Shown piece by piece: positions 1-11,023 of a DNA stretch of 64,000 nt (the stretch's first letter is position 1; each line of letters begins with the position of its first letter). The stretch spans positions 2,930 to 66,929 of the forward strand of contig JBEKTN010000042.1 of the NCBI GenBank assembly GCA_049516015.1. The letters are read 5' to 3'. The notes beneath the pieces are model-generated. The model was not told the origin of the DNA. It did not search any database and was given only the letters and a program-made list of their open reading frames with translations. The stretch comes from Isosphaeraceae bacterium. Its GTDB lineage: Bacteria; Planctomycetota; Planctomycetia; Isosphaerales; Isosphaeraceae. The translations under genes and the position numbers were made by a program.

Positions 1-2
1 GC

Positions 3-140
3 AAGATGTTCGAGAAGGTCCTCGGCCGCGGTTTACGGCTCAGTCAGTGCCGGCTCGATGGAGATCGTTCTTGCGACTTCCAGGCCAAGCCGGCGCCCGT
101 CCTTGGAGCGGAACCGACTTATGCCGGTCAGGTACGATGA
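3..140 (+). CDS. 3' end of a probable SufR-like/HTH transcriptional regulator (5'-partial)
   Basis: Frame from position 3 reads KMFEKVLGRGLRLSQCRLDGDRSCDFQAK...*; the Cys-containing tail and position upstream of sufC fit SufR-type regulators. Confidence 0.6.
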   Translation, partial: KMFEKVLGRGLRLSQCRLDGDRSCDFQAKPAPVLGAEPTYAGQVR

Positions 141-361
141 TCGCGATCGGGACGACGAACCCGACCCTCCTGGCCGGCGGTGAAAGGCTCGGGGCGGTGA
201 ATACTGGCCTTCTGTTTACGTGACGTGCTCAGCGAGCAACTCCAGGCATGGCGGAAGCATCCTTGGAAAAGCGACTGGCCGACAACGTCGAGGCACTCGG
301 CGGCCGACTACCAGAGTGTGTGGTTCAACGAAGACGTGGATCTGAACAGGGAAAAGGACTG

Positions 362-1210
362 ATGACCAAGGAACTTCGCATCGAAAACCTGCGTGTGGCC
401 ATCGGCGGGAAGGAAATCCTGCGGGGCGTGAACTTGACGATCCGCCAGGGAGAAATTCATGCACTCATGGGCCCCAATGGTTCGGGCAAGAGCACGCTGA
501 GCTACGCCATCATGGGTCATCCCAATTATGAGGTGCTCGACGGGTCCGTCACGCTCGACGGCCGGGACATCCTGACCATGGACCCGGACGAACGAGCCAA
601 GCAGGGCCTTTTCCTGGCGTTTCAGTATCCGACCGCCATCCCCGGCGTGACCGTCGCCAACTTTCTTCGCCACGCGGTCACGAACGTGCGCAATCCCGAG
701 CGCAAGGAGGGCGAGGACCTGATTCCGATGCGCGACTTCCGCAAGGAACTCCGCGAGCAGATGGACGAGCTTGGGATGGACCACGATTTCGCCCGCCGAT
801 ACCTCAACGAGGGTTTCTCCGGAGGCGAGAAGAAGCGCGCCGAGATCCTCCAGCTCGCCATGCTGCGCCCGGCCTTCGCCATCCTCGACGAGACCGACAG
901 CGGCCTGGACATCGACGCCGTGCGGATCGTTTCCGAAGGGGTCAACCGGATCGCGGCCAAGCATTCGACCGGCGTCCTGGTCATCACTCACTACGAGCGG
1001 ATTCTGACCTACATCAAGCCCCAGTTCGTCCACATCCTCTTCGGTGGCCAGATCGTCGAGAACGGCGGTCCGGAGCTGGTCAAGCAACTCGAGAAGGAGG
1101 GCTATGACTGGGTGCGCGAGCGGTACCCGGAGGCCGCACAGACCGAGGAGGCCCTGGAACTGGCGGCCAAGCAGCAACAAGTCCAGGGCAGGGTCCAGCC
1201 AGTCTTCTGA
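362..1210 (+). CDS. sufC: Fe-S cluster assembly ABC ATPase SufC
   Basis: GPNGSGKST Walker [31 protein letters not shown]; ATG 362 after an AAGGA SD. Confidence 0.97.
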   Translation: MTKELRIENLRVAIGGKEILRGVNLTIRQGEIHALMGPNGSGKSTLSYAIMGHPNYEVLDGSVTLDGRDILTMDPDERAKQGLFLAFQYPTAIPGVTVANFLRHAVTNVRNPERKEGEDLIPMRDFRKELREQMDELGMDHDFARRYLNEGFSGGEKKRAEILQLAMLRPAFAILDETDSGLDIDAVRIVSEGVNRIAAKHSTGVLVITHYERILTYIKPQFVHILFGGQIVENGGPELVKQLEKEGYDWVRERYPEAAQTEEALELAAKQQQVQGRVQPVF

Positions 1211-1300
1211 ACCGGCGGGCCACGCCGTCACGACCACCAGCCCGTCCCGAACAATCGCCAGCACGACGCAGACTGAACCAGACAAGAAGGACCAACCACA

Positions 1301-2716
1301 ATGGCAACCGATCTGAACCTTCAAGTGGCAGGCATCAAGGACGACTACAAGTACGGATTTCGTGACTCTGACGACCACTACGCCTTCAAGAGCGGTAAAG
1401 GGCTCTCGCGCGCGGTTGTCAACCAGATCTCCGAGATGAAGAACGAGCCCGCCTGGATGCGCGAATTCCGGCTCAAGGCACTGGAGGCCTTCCACCAGAA
1501 GCCGACACCGACGTGGGGTGGAGAGCTCTCGGAGCTGAACTTCGATGACATTCACTATTACATGAAAGCGGCCGACCGCCAGGGCAAATCCTGGGACGAC
1601 GTTCCGGCCGAGATCAAGAACACGTTCGACAAGCTGGGCATCCCCGAGGCCGAGCGCAAGTTCCTGGCCGGCGTCGGTGCCCAGTACGAGTCGGAAGTCG
1701 TCTATCACAGCCTGCGCGAGGACCTTCAGAAGAAGGGTGTCATCTTCGTCGATACCGACACGGCGCTGCGTGAGCATCCCGACCTGGTCAAGCAGTACAT
1801 CGGCACCATCATCCCGATTCAGGACAACAAGTTCGCCGCCCTCAACTCGGCGGTGTGGAGCGGAGGATCCTTCGTCTACGTGCCCGCCGGGGTCAAGGTC
1901 GACATCCCGCTCCAGGCCTACTTCCGGATCAACGCCGAGAACATGGGCCAGTTCGAGCGGACCTTGATCATCGTCGAGGAGGGAGCCCAGATCCATTACG
2001 TGGAAGGGTGCACGGCGCCCATGTACTCGACCGAAAGCCTGCACTCCGCGGTGGTCGAGATCATCGTCAAGAAGGGAGCGCGGTGCCGCTACACGACCAT
2101 CCAGAACTGGGCCAACAACATCTACAATCTCGTGACCAAGCGAGCGGTCGCCCACGAGGACGCCCTGATGGAGTGGGTCGACGGCAACCTCGGCAGCAAG
2201 CTGACCATGAAGTACCCAGCCGTCTACATGATCGGCAAGGGAGCGCGCGGGGAGATCCTGTCGATCGCCTTCGCCGGTAAGGGACAGCACCAGGACGCCG
2301 GCGGCAAGGTCGTCCATGGCGCCCCCTACACCAGTTCCCGGATCATCTCCAAGAGCATCAGCAAGAACGGCGGCCGGGCCAGCTACCGCGGCCTGCTCAA
2401 GGTCGCCGCCGGTGCCAGGGGCTCGAAGTCGAACGTCGTCTGCGATGCCCTGATCCTCGACGCGGCAAGCCGGTCGGACACGTATCCCTACATCGAGATC
2501 GACGAGGACGACGTCAAGGTCGGCCACGAGGCCAGCGTCTCCAAGATTGGCGAGGAACAGCTCTTCTACCTGAAAAGCCGCGGTCTCTCCGAGGCCGAGG
2601 CCTCGACCCTGATCGTCAGCGGCTTCATCGAGCCCCTGGTCAAGGAGCTTCCCATGGAGTACGCCGTCGAGATGAACAAGCTGATTCAACTTCAGATGGA
2701 AGGCTCGGTGGGCTAG
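1301..2716 (+). CDS. sufB: Fe-S cluster assembly scaffold SufB
   Basis: [52 protein letters not shown]-terminus. Confidence 0.98.
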   Translation: MATDLNLQVAGIKDDYKYGFRDSDDHYAFKSGKGLSRAVVNQISEMKNEPAWMREFRLKALEAFHQKPTPTWGGELSELNFDDIHYYMKAADRQGKSWDDVPAEIKNTFDKLGIPEAERKFLAGVGAQYESEVVYHSLREDLQKKGVIFVDTDTALREHPDLVKQYIGTIIPIQDNKFAALNSAVWSGGSFVYVPAGVKVDIPLQAYFRINAENMGQFERTLIIVEEGAQIHYVEGCTAPMYSTESLHSAVVEIIVKKGARCRYTTIQNWANNIYNLVTKRAVAHEDALMEWVDGNLGSKLTMKYPAVYMIGKGARGEILSIAFAGKGQHQDAGGKVVHGAPYTSSRIISKSISKNGGRASYRGLLKVAAGARGSKSNVVCDALILDAASRSDTYPYIEIDEDDVKVGHEASVSKIGEEQLFYLKSRGLSEAEASTLIVSGFIEPLVKELPMEYAVEMNKLIQLQMEGSVG

Positions 2717-2862
2717 AAACAAGCCCGAAGAAGGGCCTCGGCCGTCCTTCGATGGCGGCTCTTCAGGCCTCTTTCAGAACCTTCGCTAGCGGTTTTGGGG
2801 TGTGGCGTCGCACGGGCGCCTCGCTCCGTTTCAAGCCGTACATGAATAAGGATTCGGAGTGC

Positions 2863-3060
2863 ATGAGCACTACAGTACAACTCGTGTTGGAGTCTTTTGA
2901 CCGTCTCGAGGCATCTGATAAGCGCGAGGTTCTCGACGAAATCATCCGCCGGTCGCGGGATCTTGATTGGCCACCGCTCGACGATCAGACGATTGACCGC
3001 ATCGCTGACGAGGCCTTTCTCGAATACGACCTCCGCGAGGCGAATGATGCCAAGAGCTGA
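2863..3060 (+). CDS. Small acidic putative antitoxin
   Basis: 65 aa MSTTVQLVLESFDRL...ADEAFLEYDLRE; GGAG SD; overlaps the start of the toxin gene. Confidence 0.75.
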   Translation: MSTTVQLVLESFDRLEASDKREVLDEIIRRSRDLDWPPLDDQTIDRIADEAFLEYDLREANDAKS

Positions 3061-3364
3061 CCGGGGTGAGGTATGGTTGGTCGATCTAGGGTACGCTGCC
3101 AAGACACGTCCCTGCCTCGTGCTCAGCATCCCGACCCTTGACACTGATCGCGCCCTGACAACAGTCATTCCCCATACGACGAGTCCCAGGGGTACACGAT
3201 TTGAAGTCGCGATCCCAGTGCCGTTTCTGGCCGGAAACGGCGTCTTTGACGCACAAAATCCAACCTCGACGACGCAGGCAAAGCTCAAGAGAAAGCTGGG
3301 CGACCTCACTGTGGACCAACTCGAACAGATCGAGGACGCGGTTCGTCTTTGGCTTGGTTTGTAA
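3047..3364 (+). CDS. PemK/MazF family type II toxin
   Basis: RGEVWLVDLGYAAKTRPCLVLS...VIPHTTS...KLGDLT..QLEQIEDAVRLWLGL, the PemK/MazF pattern. Confidence 0.9.
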   Translation: MPRADRGEVWLVDLGYAAKTRPCLVLSIPTLDTDRALTTVIPHTTSPRGTRFEVAIPVPFLAGNGVFDAQNPTSTTQAKLKRKLGDLTVDQLEQIEDAVRLWLGL

Positions 3365-3380
3365 TATACAGCGAGACACG

Positions 3381-4718
3381 ATGATCAGCGCATCCACGAC
3401 GACACCTTCGACCGGCGGGTTCACGGAATCGACGTTTCAATCGTTCCTTCGGGAGCGCGACGAGCCTTCCTGGCTGACCGACCGACGCCGGGAAGCCTTC
3501 GCGCGGTTCCAGGCTTTCGCCTGGCCGACCGCCCGCGACGAGGAGTGGCGGCGAACCGACATCCGGGCCTTCAAGCTGGAGAACTTCGCCCCCCCCTGCC
3601 CCGACCAGCCCGCCGGCGCGAGCCGTGCCGCACTTGACGGACTCTGGGAGAGCCTGAGCTCTCACTACGCGACCGGCATCGAGCACGTCAACGGGGCGGC
3701 CGTTCGCCTGGCTGATGCCGGTCGCCTGGGCGGGGCGCTCTTCCTTGACCTGCACCAGGCCGTTCGAGACTATCCCGACCTGGTTCGCCGGTATCTTCTG
3801 ACCCAGGCTGTGAAGCCCGCCGACGATATCTTCGCCGCCCTGCACGCGGCGTTCTGGACCGGCGGGACATTGCTTTATGTCCCCCGGGGGCTCAAGGTCG
3901 AAGCCCCGCTGTTCAGCCTGATCGGGCTGACCCATGAGGGTCGAGTCGATCTCAGCCACACGCTCGTCGTCCTCGAGCAAGGGGCCGAGGCAACCCTGGT
4001 CCGCGAAACGGCCTCGAGCGCCAGGGGCGAGACTCCAGGACTTCATGTCGGGGCGCTCGAGGTCGTGCAGGGTGAAGGCTCTCGGTTCCGGCTGGTCAAT
4101 ATCCAGAACTGGGATTCTTCAACCTGGCACTTCAGCCGCGAGCGGGCACTCGTGGGCCGCGACGCAACACTCCAGTGGACCGTTGGCGGACTCGGTTCAC
4201 GACTTTCCAAGGTCAATCAAGAAGTTGCGCTCACCGGCCAGGGAGCTGGGGCCCAGGTCAACGGCGTCATGTTTACCACGGGCCGCGCGCACCTGGCCTA
4301 CTTCACACGCCAGGACCACCAGGCCCCGCACACAGCCAGCGACCTGCTCTACAAAGCGGGCCTGAAGGATCGCTCCCGGATCGTCTGGAAAGGAATGATC
4401 CGGGTCGAGAAGGAGGCCCAGCGCACCGACGCCTACCAGAAGAATGACAACTTGATGCTGTCGGATAATGCACGCGCTGATTCGATCCCGGGACTGGAAA
4501 TCGAAGCCAACGATGTCCGCTGCACCCACGGCGCGACGGCGGGCCGGGTCGACGAGGAGATGATCTTCGCCGCGCAAGCTCGCGGCATTCCCCGCAAGAC
4601 CGCCATCCGGCTCATTGTCGAGGGCTTCTTCGCCAACGTCTACGATCGGATCACCCTGGAGCCGGTTCAGGAAACGCTCCGGCAGGCTGTGGCCGCGAAA
4701 CTTGAAAACACTCAGTGA
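3381..4718 (+). CDS. sufD: Fe-S cluster assembly protein SufD
   Basis: [37 protein letters not shown]...LIVEGF. Confidence 0.95.
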   Translation: MISASTTTPSTGGFTESTFQSFLRERDEPSWLTDRRREAFARFQAFAWPTARDEEWRRTDIRAFKLENFAPPCPDQPAGASRAALDGLWESLSSHYATGIEHVNGAAVRLADAGRLGGALFLDLHQAVRDYPDLVRRYLLTQAVKPADDIFAALHAAFWTGGTLLYVPRGLKVEAPLFSLIGLTHEGRVDLSHTLVVLEQGAEATLVRETASSARGETPGLHVGALEVVQGEGSRFRLVNIQNWDSSTWHFSRERALVGRDATLQWTVGGLGSRLSKVNQEVALTGQGAGAQVNGVMFTTGRAHLAYFTRQDHQAPHTASDLLYKAGLKDRSRIVWKGMIRVEKEAQRTDAYQKNDNLMLSDNARADSIPGLEIEANDVRCTHGATAGRVDEEMIFAAQARGIPRKTAIRLIVEGFFANVYDRITLEPVQETLRQAVAAKLENTQ

Positions 4719-4780
4719 AAATCGGTCATGAGACCGAAATGTTACCGACCGCGACGCGTTCACCAGAAGAGGAACTCGCG

Positions 4781-5635
4781 ATGGGAAAGCCTTACGCTCA
4801 CCCCGAGACCTTGGTCTCGGCCGACTGGGTCCAGGACCACTTGAAGGACCCCAAGGTCCGGATCGTGGAAAGTGACGAGGACCTGCTCCTTTACGACTTG
4901 GGGCACGTCCCCGGTGCGGTGCGTATCGACTGGCAGGGAGACCTGCAGGACCAGATCATTCGTGATTATATCAACAGCGAAAAGTTTTCTGAGCTGTGCT
5001 CCCGGAACGGAATCGCCAGCGACACCACCGTGGTCTTCTATGGCGACAAGTCGAACTGGTGGGCCTGCTACGCTTTCTGGGCCTTCACCCTGTTCGGCCA
5101 CAAGCATTGCAAGGTGATGAACGGCGGGCGCAAGCTCTGGATCGATCAGGGCCGGCCGCTCTCCACGGAGCCGTCCCGGTATCCCGCGACGAAATACGTG
5201 GCCGCCGGTGGTGACGAGGCCAGCATCCGCGCGTTTCGCGAGGAGGTGCTGGCCCATGCCAAGGCCGGCAAGCCGCTCATCGACGTGCGCAGCCCCAAGG
5301 AGTTCACCGGCGAGCTGCTGCACATGGAGGAGTATCCCCAGGAAGGCTCGTTGCGGGGCGGCCATATCCCCGGCGCCAGAAACGTGCCCTGGGCCCGGGC
5401 GGTCAACGAGGATGGGACGTTCAAGTCCACCGAGGAACTGATCGCACTCTACCAGGATGAGCTCGGACTCAAGCCGACCGACGACATCGTGGCCTACTGC
5501 CGCATCGGCGAGCGATCGAGCCTGACCTGGTTCGTGCTGACCTACCTGCTGGGCTTTTCGCACGTACGCAACTACGATGGATCGTGGACCGAATGGGGTA
5601 ACCTGGTACGTGTGCCCATCGCCAGAGGGGCCTGA
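4781..5635 (+). CDS. Two-domain rhodanese / thiosulfate sulfurtransferase (SseA/CysA-type)
   Basis: [26 protein letters not shown], active-site [19 protein letters not shown]. Confidence 0.95.
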   Translation: MGKPYAHPETLVSADWVQDHLKDPKVRIVESDEDLLLYDLGHVPGAVRIDWQGDLQDQIIRDYINSEKFSELCSRNGIASDTTVVFYGDKSNWWACYAFWAFTLFGHKHCKVMNGGRKLWIDQGRPLSTEPSRYPATKYVAAGGDEASIRAFREEVLAHAKAGKPLIDVRSPKEFTGELLHMEEYPQEGSLRGGHIPGARNVPWARAVNEDGTFKSTEELIALYQDELGLKPTDDIVAYCRIGERSSLTWFVLTYLLGFSHVRNYDGSWTEWGNLVRVPIARGA

Positions 5636-5669
5636 GAACCGACCCCGACCGGGTCGAGCCGAGGATAAG

Positions 5670-6131
5670 ATGCCGGCCGCACTTGACGAGATCATCGCCG
5701 ACCTGAGCGAATCCGACCGGCAGGAACGCATCGATCTGCTGATCGATTTCGCCAAGAACCTGCCCCCGTTGCCCGAGCACCTTGCAAAACTCAAGGACGC
5801 TTCGCACCGGGTCGAGGAATGCCAGTCGCCAGTCTACCTCTTCGTCGAGATGGTGCGCGATCGCGTGGCGCTCTACGCCGATGCCCCGATCGAGGCGCCC
5901 ACCGTGCGGGGATTCGTCTCGCTCTTGATCGAGGGCCTGAGCGGGGCAACCGTCGAGGAGGTGCTCAAGGTGCCCGGCGACTTGGTCGAGCGCTGCGCCC
6001 TGCAAGAGGTCCTGGGCATGCTCCGCGTCCGCGGCCTCAGCGGCGTGCTGCGGAGGATCAAGGGCGAGGTGACTCGAGCCGCCATGGCTCGGGCGGAGAA
6101 TCTCTCGCTGCCCGAGCAGAAACGCTTCTGA
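5670..6131 (+). CDS. sufE: SufE family sulfur acceptor
   Basis: LLIDFAKNLPPLP, RVEECQSPVYL (conserved Cys), EAPTVRGF. Confidence 0.88.
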   Translation: MPAALDEIIADLSESDRQERIDLLIDFAKNLPPLPEHLAKLKDASHRVEECQSPVYLFVEMVRDRVALYADAPIEAPTVRGFVSLLIEGLSGATVEEVLKVPGDLVERCALQEVLGMLRVRGLSGVLRRIKGEVTRAAMARAENLSLPEQKRF

Positions 6132-6224
6132 CGAACCAGCTTTCGGCCGAAGTGAGCGACCGTCAAGACCACCCGAATCCGCGACTGGCCAGTCCCGCGA
6201 CCGGCCTGAGAGAAGGGACGACCG

Positions 6225-6539
6225 ATGCCAGAACCAGTCAAGGTGGCGAACTGCCCGGAGCTGGCCCCCGGCGAGAAGAAGCTGGTCGATGTGGACGGCC
6301 GGGCCATCGCCCTTTTCAACGTCGGGGGCACCTTCTATGCAATCGACGACGTCTGTACACACGACGGCGGCCCGCTGGCGGAAGGGGACCTCTCTGGCAG
6401 CGAGATCGAGTGCCCCCGCCACGGAGCCCGGTTCGACGTGCGGACCGGCAAGCCCCTCTGCATGCCGGCCATTGAACCGGTCACCACTCACCACGTGGTC
6501 GTGCAAGGCGATGAGGTTTTCCTCCTGATCCAGGACTGA
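6225..6539 (+). CDS. Rieske-type [2Fe-2S] ferredoxin
   Basis: CTH...CPRHGARFDVRTG Rieske ligands. Confidence 0.95.
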   Translation: MPEPVKVANCPELAPGEKKLVDVDGRAIALFNVGGTFYAIDDVCTHDGGPLAEGDLSGSEIECPRHGARFDVRTGKPLCMPAIEPVTTHHVVVQGDEVFLLIQD

Positions 6540-6637
6540 CGTCCTCGGTTTCTCATCAATCTGGACATCGAGATCGAGCTCTTCGACGTCCTCCTGCTCC
6601 CGCCGCTCTGCCTGCTACTTGCAAGGAGAACCCTGTC

Positions 6638-6937
6638 ATGATCGACCAGGAAACACTCGTCTCGGCCCTCCGAACGGTCAAGGACCCGGAGCTGAACGTC
6701 AACGTGGTTGACCTGGGATTGGTCTACTCGATCCAGACCCACGACGATCAGGTTGAAGTCGAGATGACGCTGACTTCTCCGGCTTGCCCGGCCGGTCCCG
6801 AAATCCTCCGCAACGCCATGTCCGCTCTCGAGAAAGTGGAGGGAGTCACCAAGGCCGATGTCCGCCTTGTCATGTCCCCTCCCTGGTCGCCGGAACGGAT
6901 GTCCGATGCGGCCCGTGACGAGCTCGGCTTCTTCTGA
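6638..6937 (+). CDS. DUF59 / SufT-like Fe-S maturation protein
   Basis: VKDPELNVNVVDLGLVY, MTLTSPACP, PPWSPERMS; AAGGAG SD. Confidence 0.93.
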   Translation: MIDQETLVSALRTVKDPELNVNVVDLGLVYSIQTHDDQVEVEMTLTSPACPAGPEILRNAMSALEKVEGVTKADVRLVMSPPWSPERMSDAARDELGFF

Positions 6938-7388
6938 GCATAAGCAACCGAACCTCACTTCCCGCGGCAAAGCCGCTCCACGGGACAGCGGGCTCCGTAC
7001 CACGTCGCGCCCCAAGATCCCGGCAAGTTTAGTCCACGTGATCGTCCGTCGCAATAAGCACTTGCTTTGGAAGACGCGTTGCGTCTTAATAACAAAGACT
7101 CTCGAGCTTCTGCTTGCACGCATCAATCTGTTGCGTTAATTCGACGCCTTGCCTCTTTTCTTGGAACAGCTTCCGCCACTGGTGACTCAGGCCAGGGTTT
7201 ATGCTAAGTTGATCCGGCGCCAAGCGAGTGATCGTGAGAGGATTGAGCCAAGAAAAGAGCCGGAGACCGTGCTTCCCCGCCCCGGGGCGTCGAGCAATCT
7301 CCGCGATCTAAAGTTGACTCCTCCAAAACAACCAAACGTCCAACCGTCGGCCGAATCCAGGAGGCTCCCGCTTGCGGGATCGAGCGCC

Positions 7389-8192
7389 GTGGCTCGCAAG
7401 AAGACCCCAAAAGTTCGTGTCAATGTCAAAGCCTCTTTATCGCGTCGTTTGAGAGAAATCCGCCAGGAACTCTTTGGCGATCATGGCGGACCGGAGCTTG
7501 CCCGCCGCCTCAATCTGCCCGCACGAACCTGGTACAACTACGAAACCGGTGTGACGGTTCCGGCTGAAGTCCTCCTCGGCTTCATCGAACAGACCGGCGC
7601 GAACCCGATGTACTTGATCTCCGGCGAGGGGCACAAGTATCGTCATTCGACTGACGAACGTATACTCTCAGAGCTGACTCCGATCGAATTGATACGCCGC
7701 GGGCTCGAAAAACTGGAGCGGTCACCCAGTGAGGTCGTGGTCGTGGCGGCGGAGAACCTGCCATCAGAGCTGGCATCGGATTTCGCGGCAGTCAGCCTCT
7801 ATCCCCTCTCCGAGATCGGCAAGACGGTGCTGGATCCCTCCCAGGTCGAGGGGTACATCATGGCCTACCGGCACTGGCTTCCCAATCCGGCCCAGACCAT
7901 CGGCGTCCGCATGAGCGACGACGCCATGCACCCGATTCTGCCGATCGGGTCGGTTGCGGCCATCGATCGATCGATGACCAACCCGCTGCTACTCCATGGC
8001 CGGATCGTTGCCGCCTGTCCTGATGGGGTGCCGATCATCCGCTGGCTGGAGGTCAGTGGGCATCATCTGATCCTTCGCCCCAACCAGCAGGGCCGAGAGT
8101 ATCCTCTTGTGCCAGTGGATCTCGAAGATCCAGGCTCCGCACTGATCCTCGGCCAGGTCGTCTGGTCATGGAGCCGGTTCAGTGAAAATTGA
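7389..8192 (+). CDS. XRE-type HTH regulator with C-terminal S24-like domain
   Basis: RLREIRQELFG..GGPELARRLNLPARTWYNYETG HTH; C-terminal MHPILPIGSVAAID...ILGQVVWSW; GTG start inferred. Confidence 0.8.
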   Translation: MARKKTPKVRVNVKASLSRRLREIRQELFGDHGGPELARRLNLPARTWYNYETGVTVPAEVLLGFIEQTGANPMYLISGEGHKYRHSTDERILSELTPIELIRRGLEKLERSPSEVVVVAAENLPSELASDFAAVSLYPLSEIGKTVLDPSQVEGYIMAYRHWLPNPAQTIGVRMSDDAMHPILPIGSVAAIDRSMTNPLLLHGRIVAACPDGVPIIRWLEVSGHHLILRPNQQGREYPLVPVDLEDPGSALILGQVVWSWSRFSEN

Positions 8193-8462
8193 CCGATCGC
8201 TCTGACGTCCCGGGTCGATCGAAACCAGCACGACCGCGAAGGCGCCCAGCGCCGAAGCGGCCTCCGAGAGTTCGTCGTCCAGCGGAGTGACGGGCCCCTC
8301 GAGCAACCCGGCCAGCCACCTTGCATAAAGACTGCGCAACGGTTCCCGGCCGCCCACCCAGACCGGCCGCGATCGTGCCAGGATGGGATGGCGAGCCAGG
8401 TGACCGATGTCGTCGGCCACTACCGCACCAACCCAGAACGAGGCGAGTTGCTCGGGACTCAT
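8166..8462 (-). pseudogene. Probable 3' gene remnant, possibly a 2-keto-3-deoxygalactonokinase-like C-terminus
   Basis: Protein-like stretch LASFWVGAVVADDIGHL...AASALGAFAV with no plausible N-terminal half; family assignment tentative. Confidence 0.3.
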
Positions 8463-8677
8463 CGTTCCCAGGGGGCCCGAACGATCGCCGGCTCGCTCCG
8501 GGTCGTGCGCATGTTTCTTGCTTTTTTCTTGCCTTCGGTTGCGGGGAGAGCGATGTTGAGCGGATCAAGGGTTGTGACGATCAGTCAGGATGGCCTTCAC
8601 CGTGATCCCAGCCGAGATCGATCCAGCGGCTGATCGCTGTCCGCATTCTCCTTCTATCCCAGGTTAAACCATTTCTC

Positions 8678-10150
8678 ATGGCGCCTCCACGCGTTTCGGC
8701 GTTCAAGCCGGACCAGCTCTGGCAAAAGGCGCGCGAGCCGATGTTCTGGCTCGATCAAGCGCTCCGCGTGACCTGGGTCAATCGCGCCTGGGAAGGACTG
8801 ACAGGGCATCGTGCCGAGTCGCTCCTGGGCCAGACCTGTGCCGCGTATGGTCCGACCGAGGCCGGCGAGCCGGCCGACGTGGCTGCCAGCTTCGTCCCGC
8901 CGCCGGAGGCGGTCGCCGGCCAGCCGTCCGGAAGCTTGACCGTCATCCTCCACGCCAGTGGCGAGCGTCTCTGGCGAAGGGTTGAGTTCTGGCCGTTTCG
9001 CGACCACAGCGGCGCGCTGATCGGCATGCTCGGCCAACTGCGCGAGGCGAGCACACCGCCCAGCGTGCCCGATTCGCAAGCTCACCAGCTTCGCGTCCGG
9101 CTCATGGAGTTGCGGGAGCGGCTCCATCAATCATTCCGATGCGAGTCCTTGATCGGCACGGGCCCGGCGCATCGACGGCTCCTTGAGCAGGTTCGCCTCG
9201 CGGCTGCCAGCACCACGGCCGTGCTCATCGTGGGCGAACCAGGAACCGGCAAGCGACTGGCGGCTCGAACCATTCACCACCTGGGGTCCGGGCGTCAGCA
9301 TCCGCTCGTGCCAATCGATTGCGAGGCCCTCCCCGCCGAGGTCATCGAGCGCGAACTCTTCGATTCCCGGCTCCAGGCCGAGACCAGCGACGATGCGAGG
9401 AATCCCTCACAGGAACCTGCGCGCGGCCGCCTCTCACTGGCCGAGGGCTCGAGTCTCCTGATCGGAGACATCCTGGCCTTGCCGCGCGACTTGCAGGCGC
9501 GGCTGGCCGAGTCGCTCGACGGCCGGGTGCGGTTGATCGCGACCACTGCCGGCGATCCCGAGGCCGCGCTCAAGCAAGAGCAGCTCCGGCCGGAGCTCTA
9601 TTACGGATTGACCGTCCTCGTGATCCGGACTCTTCCCGTGCGCGACCGCCGGCACGACCTGCTGCTGCTGGCCCAATCTTTCCTGGAACGGGCCAACCAG
9701 CGCACCGGCTCGACGTGCGGCGGCTTCACGCCCCAGGCCGTGTCGGCTCTTCAGGCTTACGATTGGCCCGGCAATCTCAGCGAGCTCGCTCGCGTGATCG
9801 ACGCGGCTCACGACCACCTCCGCTCCCAAACCCAGGCGGAGAAGGCGATGCCGCTGATCGACATGGGCGACCTTCCCGCCTCCATTCGCGGCCACCTCGG
9901 CGCTGCCTATCTGCCGCCAACCGCATCTGCAACAATCAAGCCCCTGGACGAGCTCCTGACCGAGATCGAGCGGCGGCTGATCGAGACTGCCCTCAACCGG
10001 GCCCGCCAGAACAAGTCGCGCGCCGCCGAGTTCCTGGGCATCTCCCGCCCTCGCCTTTACCGCCGGATCAAGGAACTGAACCTCCCGGACGAAACCGAGC
10101 CGGAAAACGGAGCGATCCCCGCATCGTCCTCCTCGCCGGCCACGACGTGA
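8678..10150 (+). CDS. PAS + AAA+ + Fis-HTH enhancer-binding-like regulator (degenerate)
   Basis: N-terminal PAS, GEPGTGK, YDWPGNLSEL, NKSRAAEFLGISRPRLYRRI; GAFTGA absent. Confidence 0.88.
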   Translation: MAPPRVSAFKPDQLWQKAREPMFWLDQALRVTWVNRAWEGLTGHRAESLLGQTCAAYGPTEAGEPADVAASFVPPPEAVAGQPSGSLTVILHASGERLWRRVEFWPFRDHSGALIGMLGQLREASTPPSVPDSQAHQLRVRLMELRERLHQSFRCESLIGTGPAHRRLLEQVRLAAASTTAVLIVGEPGTGKRLAARTIHHLGSGRQHPLVPIDCEALPAEVIERELFDSRLQAETSDDARNPSQEPARGRLSLAEGSSLLIGDILALPRDLQARLAESLDGRVRLIATTAGDPEAALKQEQLRPELYYGLTVLVIRTLPVRDRRHDLLLLAQSFLERANQRTGSTCGGFTPQAVSALQAYDWPGNLSELARVIDAAHDHLRSQTQAEKAMPLIDMGDLPASIRGHLGAAYLPPTASATIKPLDELLTEIERRLIETALNRARQNKSRAAEFLGISRPRLYRRIKELNLPDETEPENGAIPASSSSPATT

Positions 10151-10863
10151 GGGGCCCGGATCACCCATGCCGGCGACTTCGTACTTGCCGCGCGCCGAGC
10201 CGGGTACAACGCCCCATCCGAACAGATTCAGATGCTACGAAATGCTACGTTTTTCCGGGTTTTCGAAAATTTGAGAAGCTGGGTTTTGACGCACACTTTT
10301 ACGGTAAAGCGAGTTATGGCCATTGTCTCTTGGTCCTGGTTGGACATGAATTAGACGCAAATTGCTGGCAATTAACGAGTTGCGCCATAACCAGTTGCGT
10401 AGCCTATTCGCCCAAAACTACAATTTTTGCCCCATTTTCGCGCGTTTTTGCTCCATTCGGCCTACCTACGAACCTCGCTAAGAGCGGAGGGGTCCACTCG
10501 CTTTCTGGCGCCCGGGAAACGAGGATGGCCAACGTCCGCTTGGTCCCGTTCTCTGAACCAACCCTCCGGAACGCCAGGCCCAGCGGGGCCAAATCATGCG
10601 CAAACCCACCACCGCTGGCTACTGCCTTCCACCGACCGCCGCATTGGCAAAGACCGAACGGGGCCCGATCTCGACGAGCGACCCCTCTCTATTCAGTATG
10701 TCACCGAACCGGGCGACTGCTTCGGACAAATCAAACTTTTTCTCCCCGCTCGCCGCCGCCCGACCGTTGACCATTCGCTCGTGGCCGGAGGCGCTCAACA
10801 CCAAGGGCTCCAAGCGTGCCTGACGGTTGGCCATAAGCCGCAATGCGGCCCACTCCTTGTCCC

Positions 10864-10960
10864 CCCGTCCCACCATTTCGTGAATCAACACCCAGGGAAA
10901 CAGGATGCCTTGACGCTCGACATGGGTCCGGCGTCCGATATGATGAATGGAAACACACTC
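10864..10960 (+). repeat. Copy A of ~95-bp direct repeat with promoter-like TCGACA-N16-TATGAT
   Basis: Aligns with 16486-16580; shared gacgctcgacatgggtcc and tatgatgaatggaaa. Confidence 0.85.
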
Positions 10961-11023
10961 GAAATCGTTCGCCCGCGCTGGCTAAGGCGTCAATTGGCTG
11001 AAGTGGTGGCGAAGTTGAACAAG

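Noticed and set aside
308-2722. 804-aa minus-strand ORF (and similar long antisense ORFs at 19677-22205, 33364-34899, 44003-45448)
   Set aside because: Antisense shadows of well-supported GC-rich genes; no recognisable motifs
10250-10450. AT-rich stretch with partial inverted motifs (gagttatggc / gccataac)
   Set aside because: Imperfect and short; cannot be assigned as dif, oriC or att by eye
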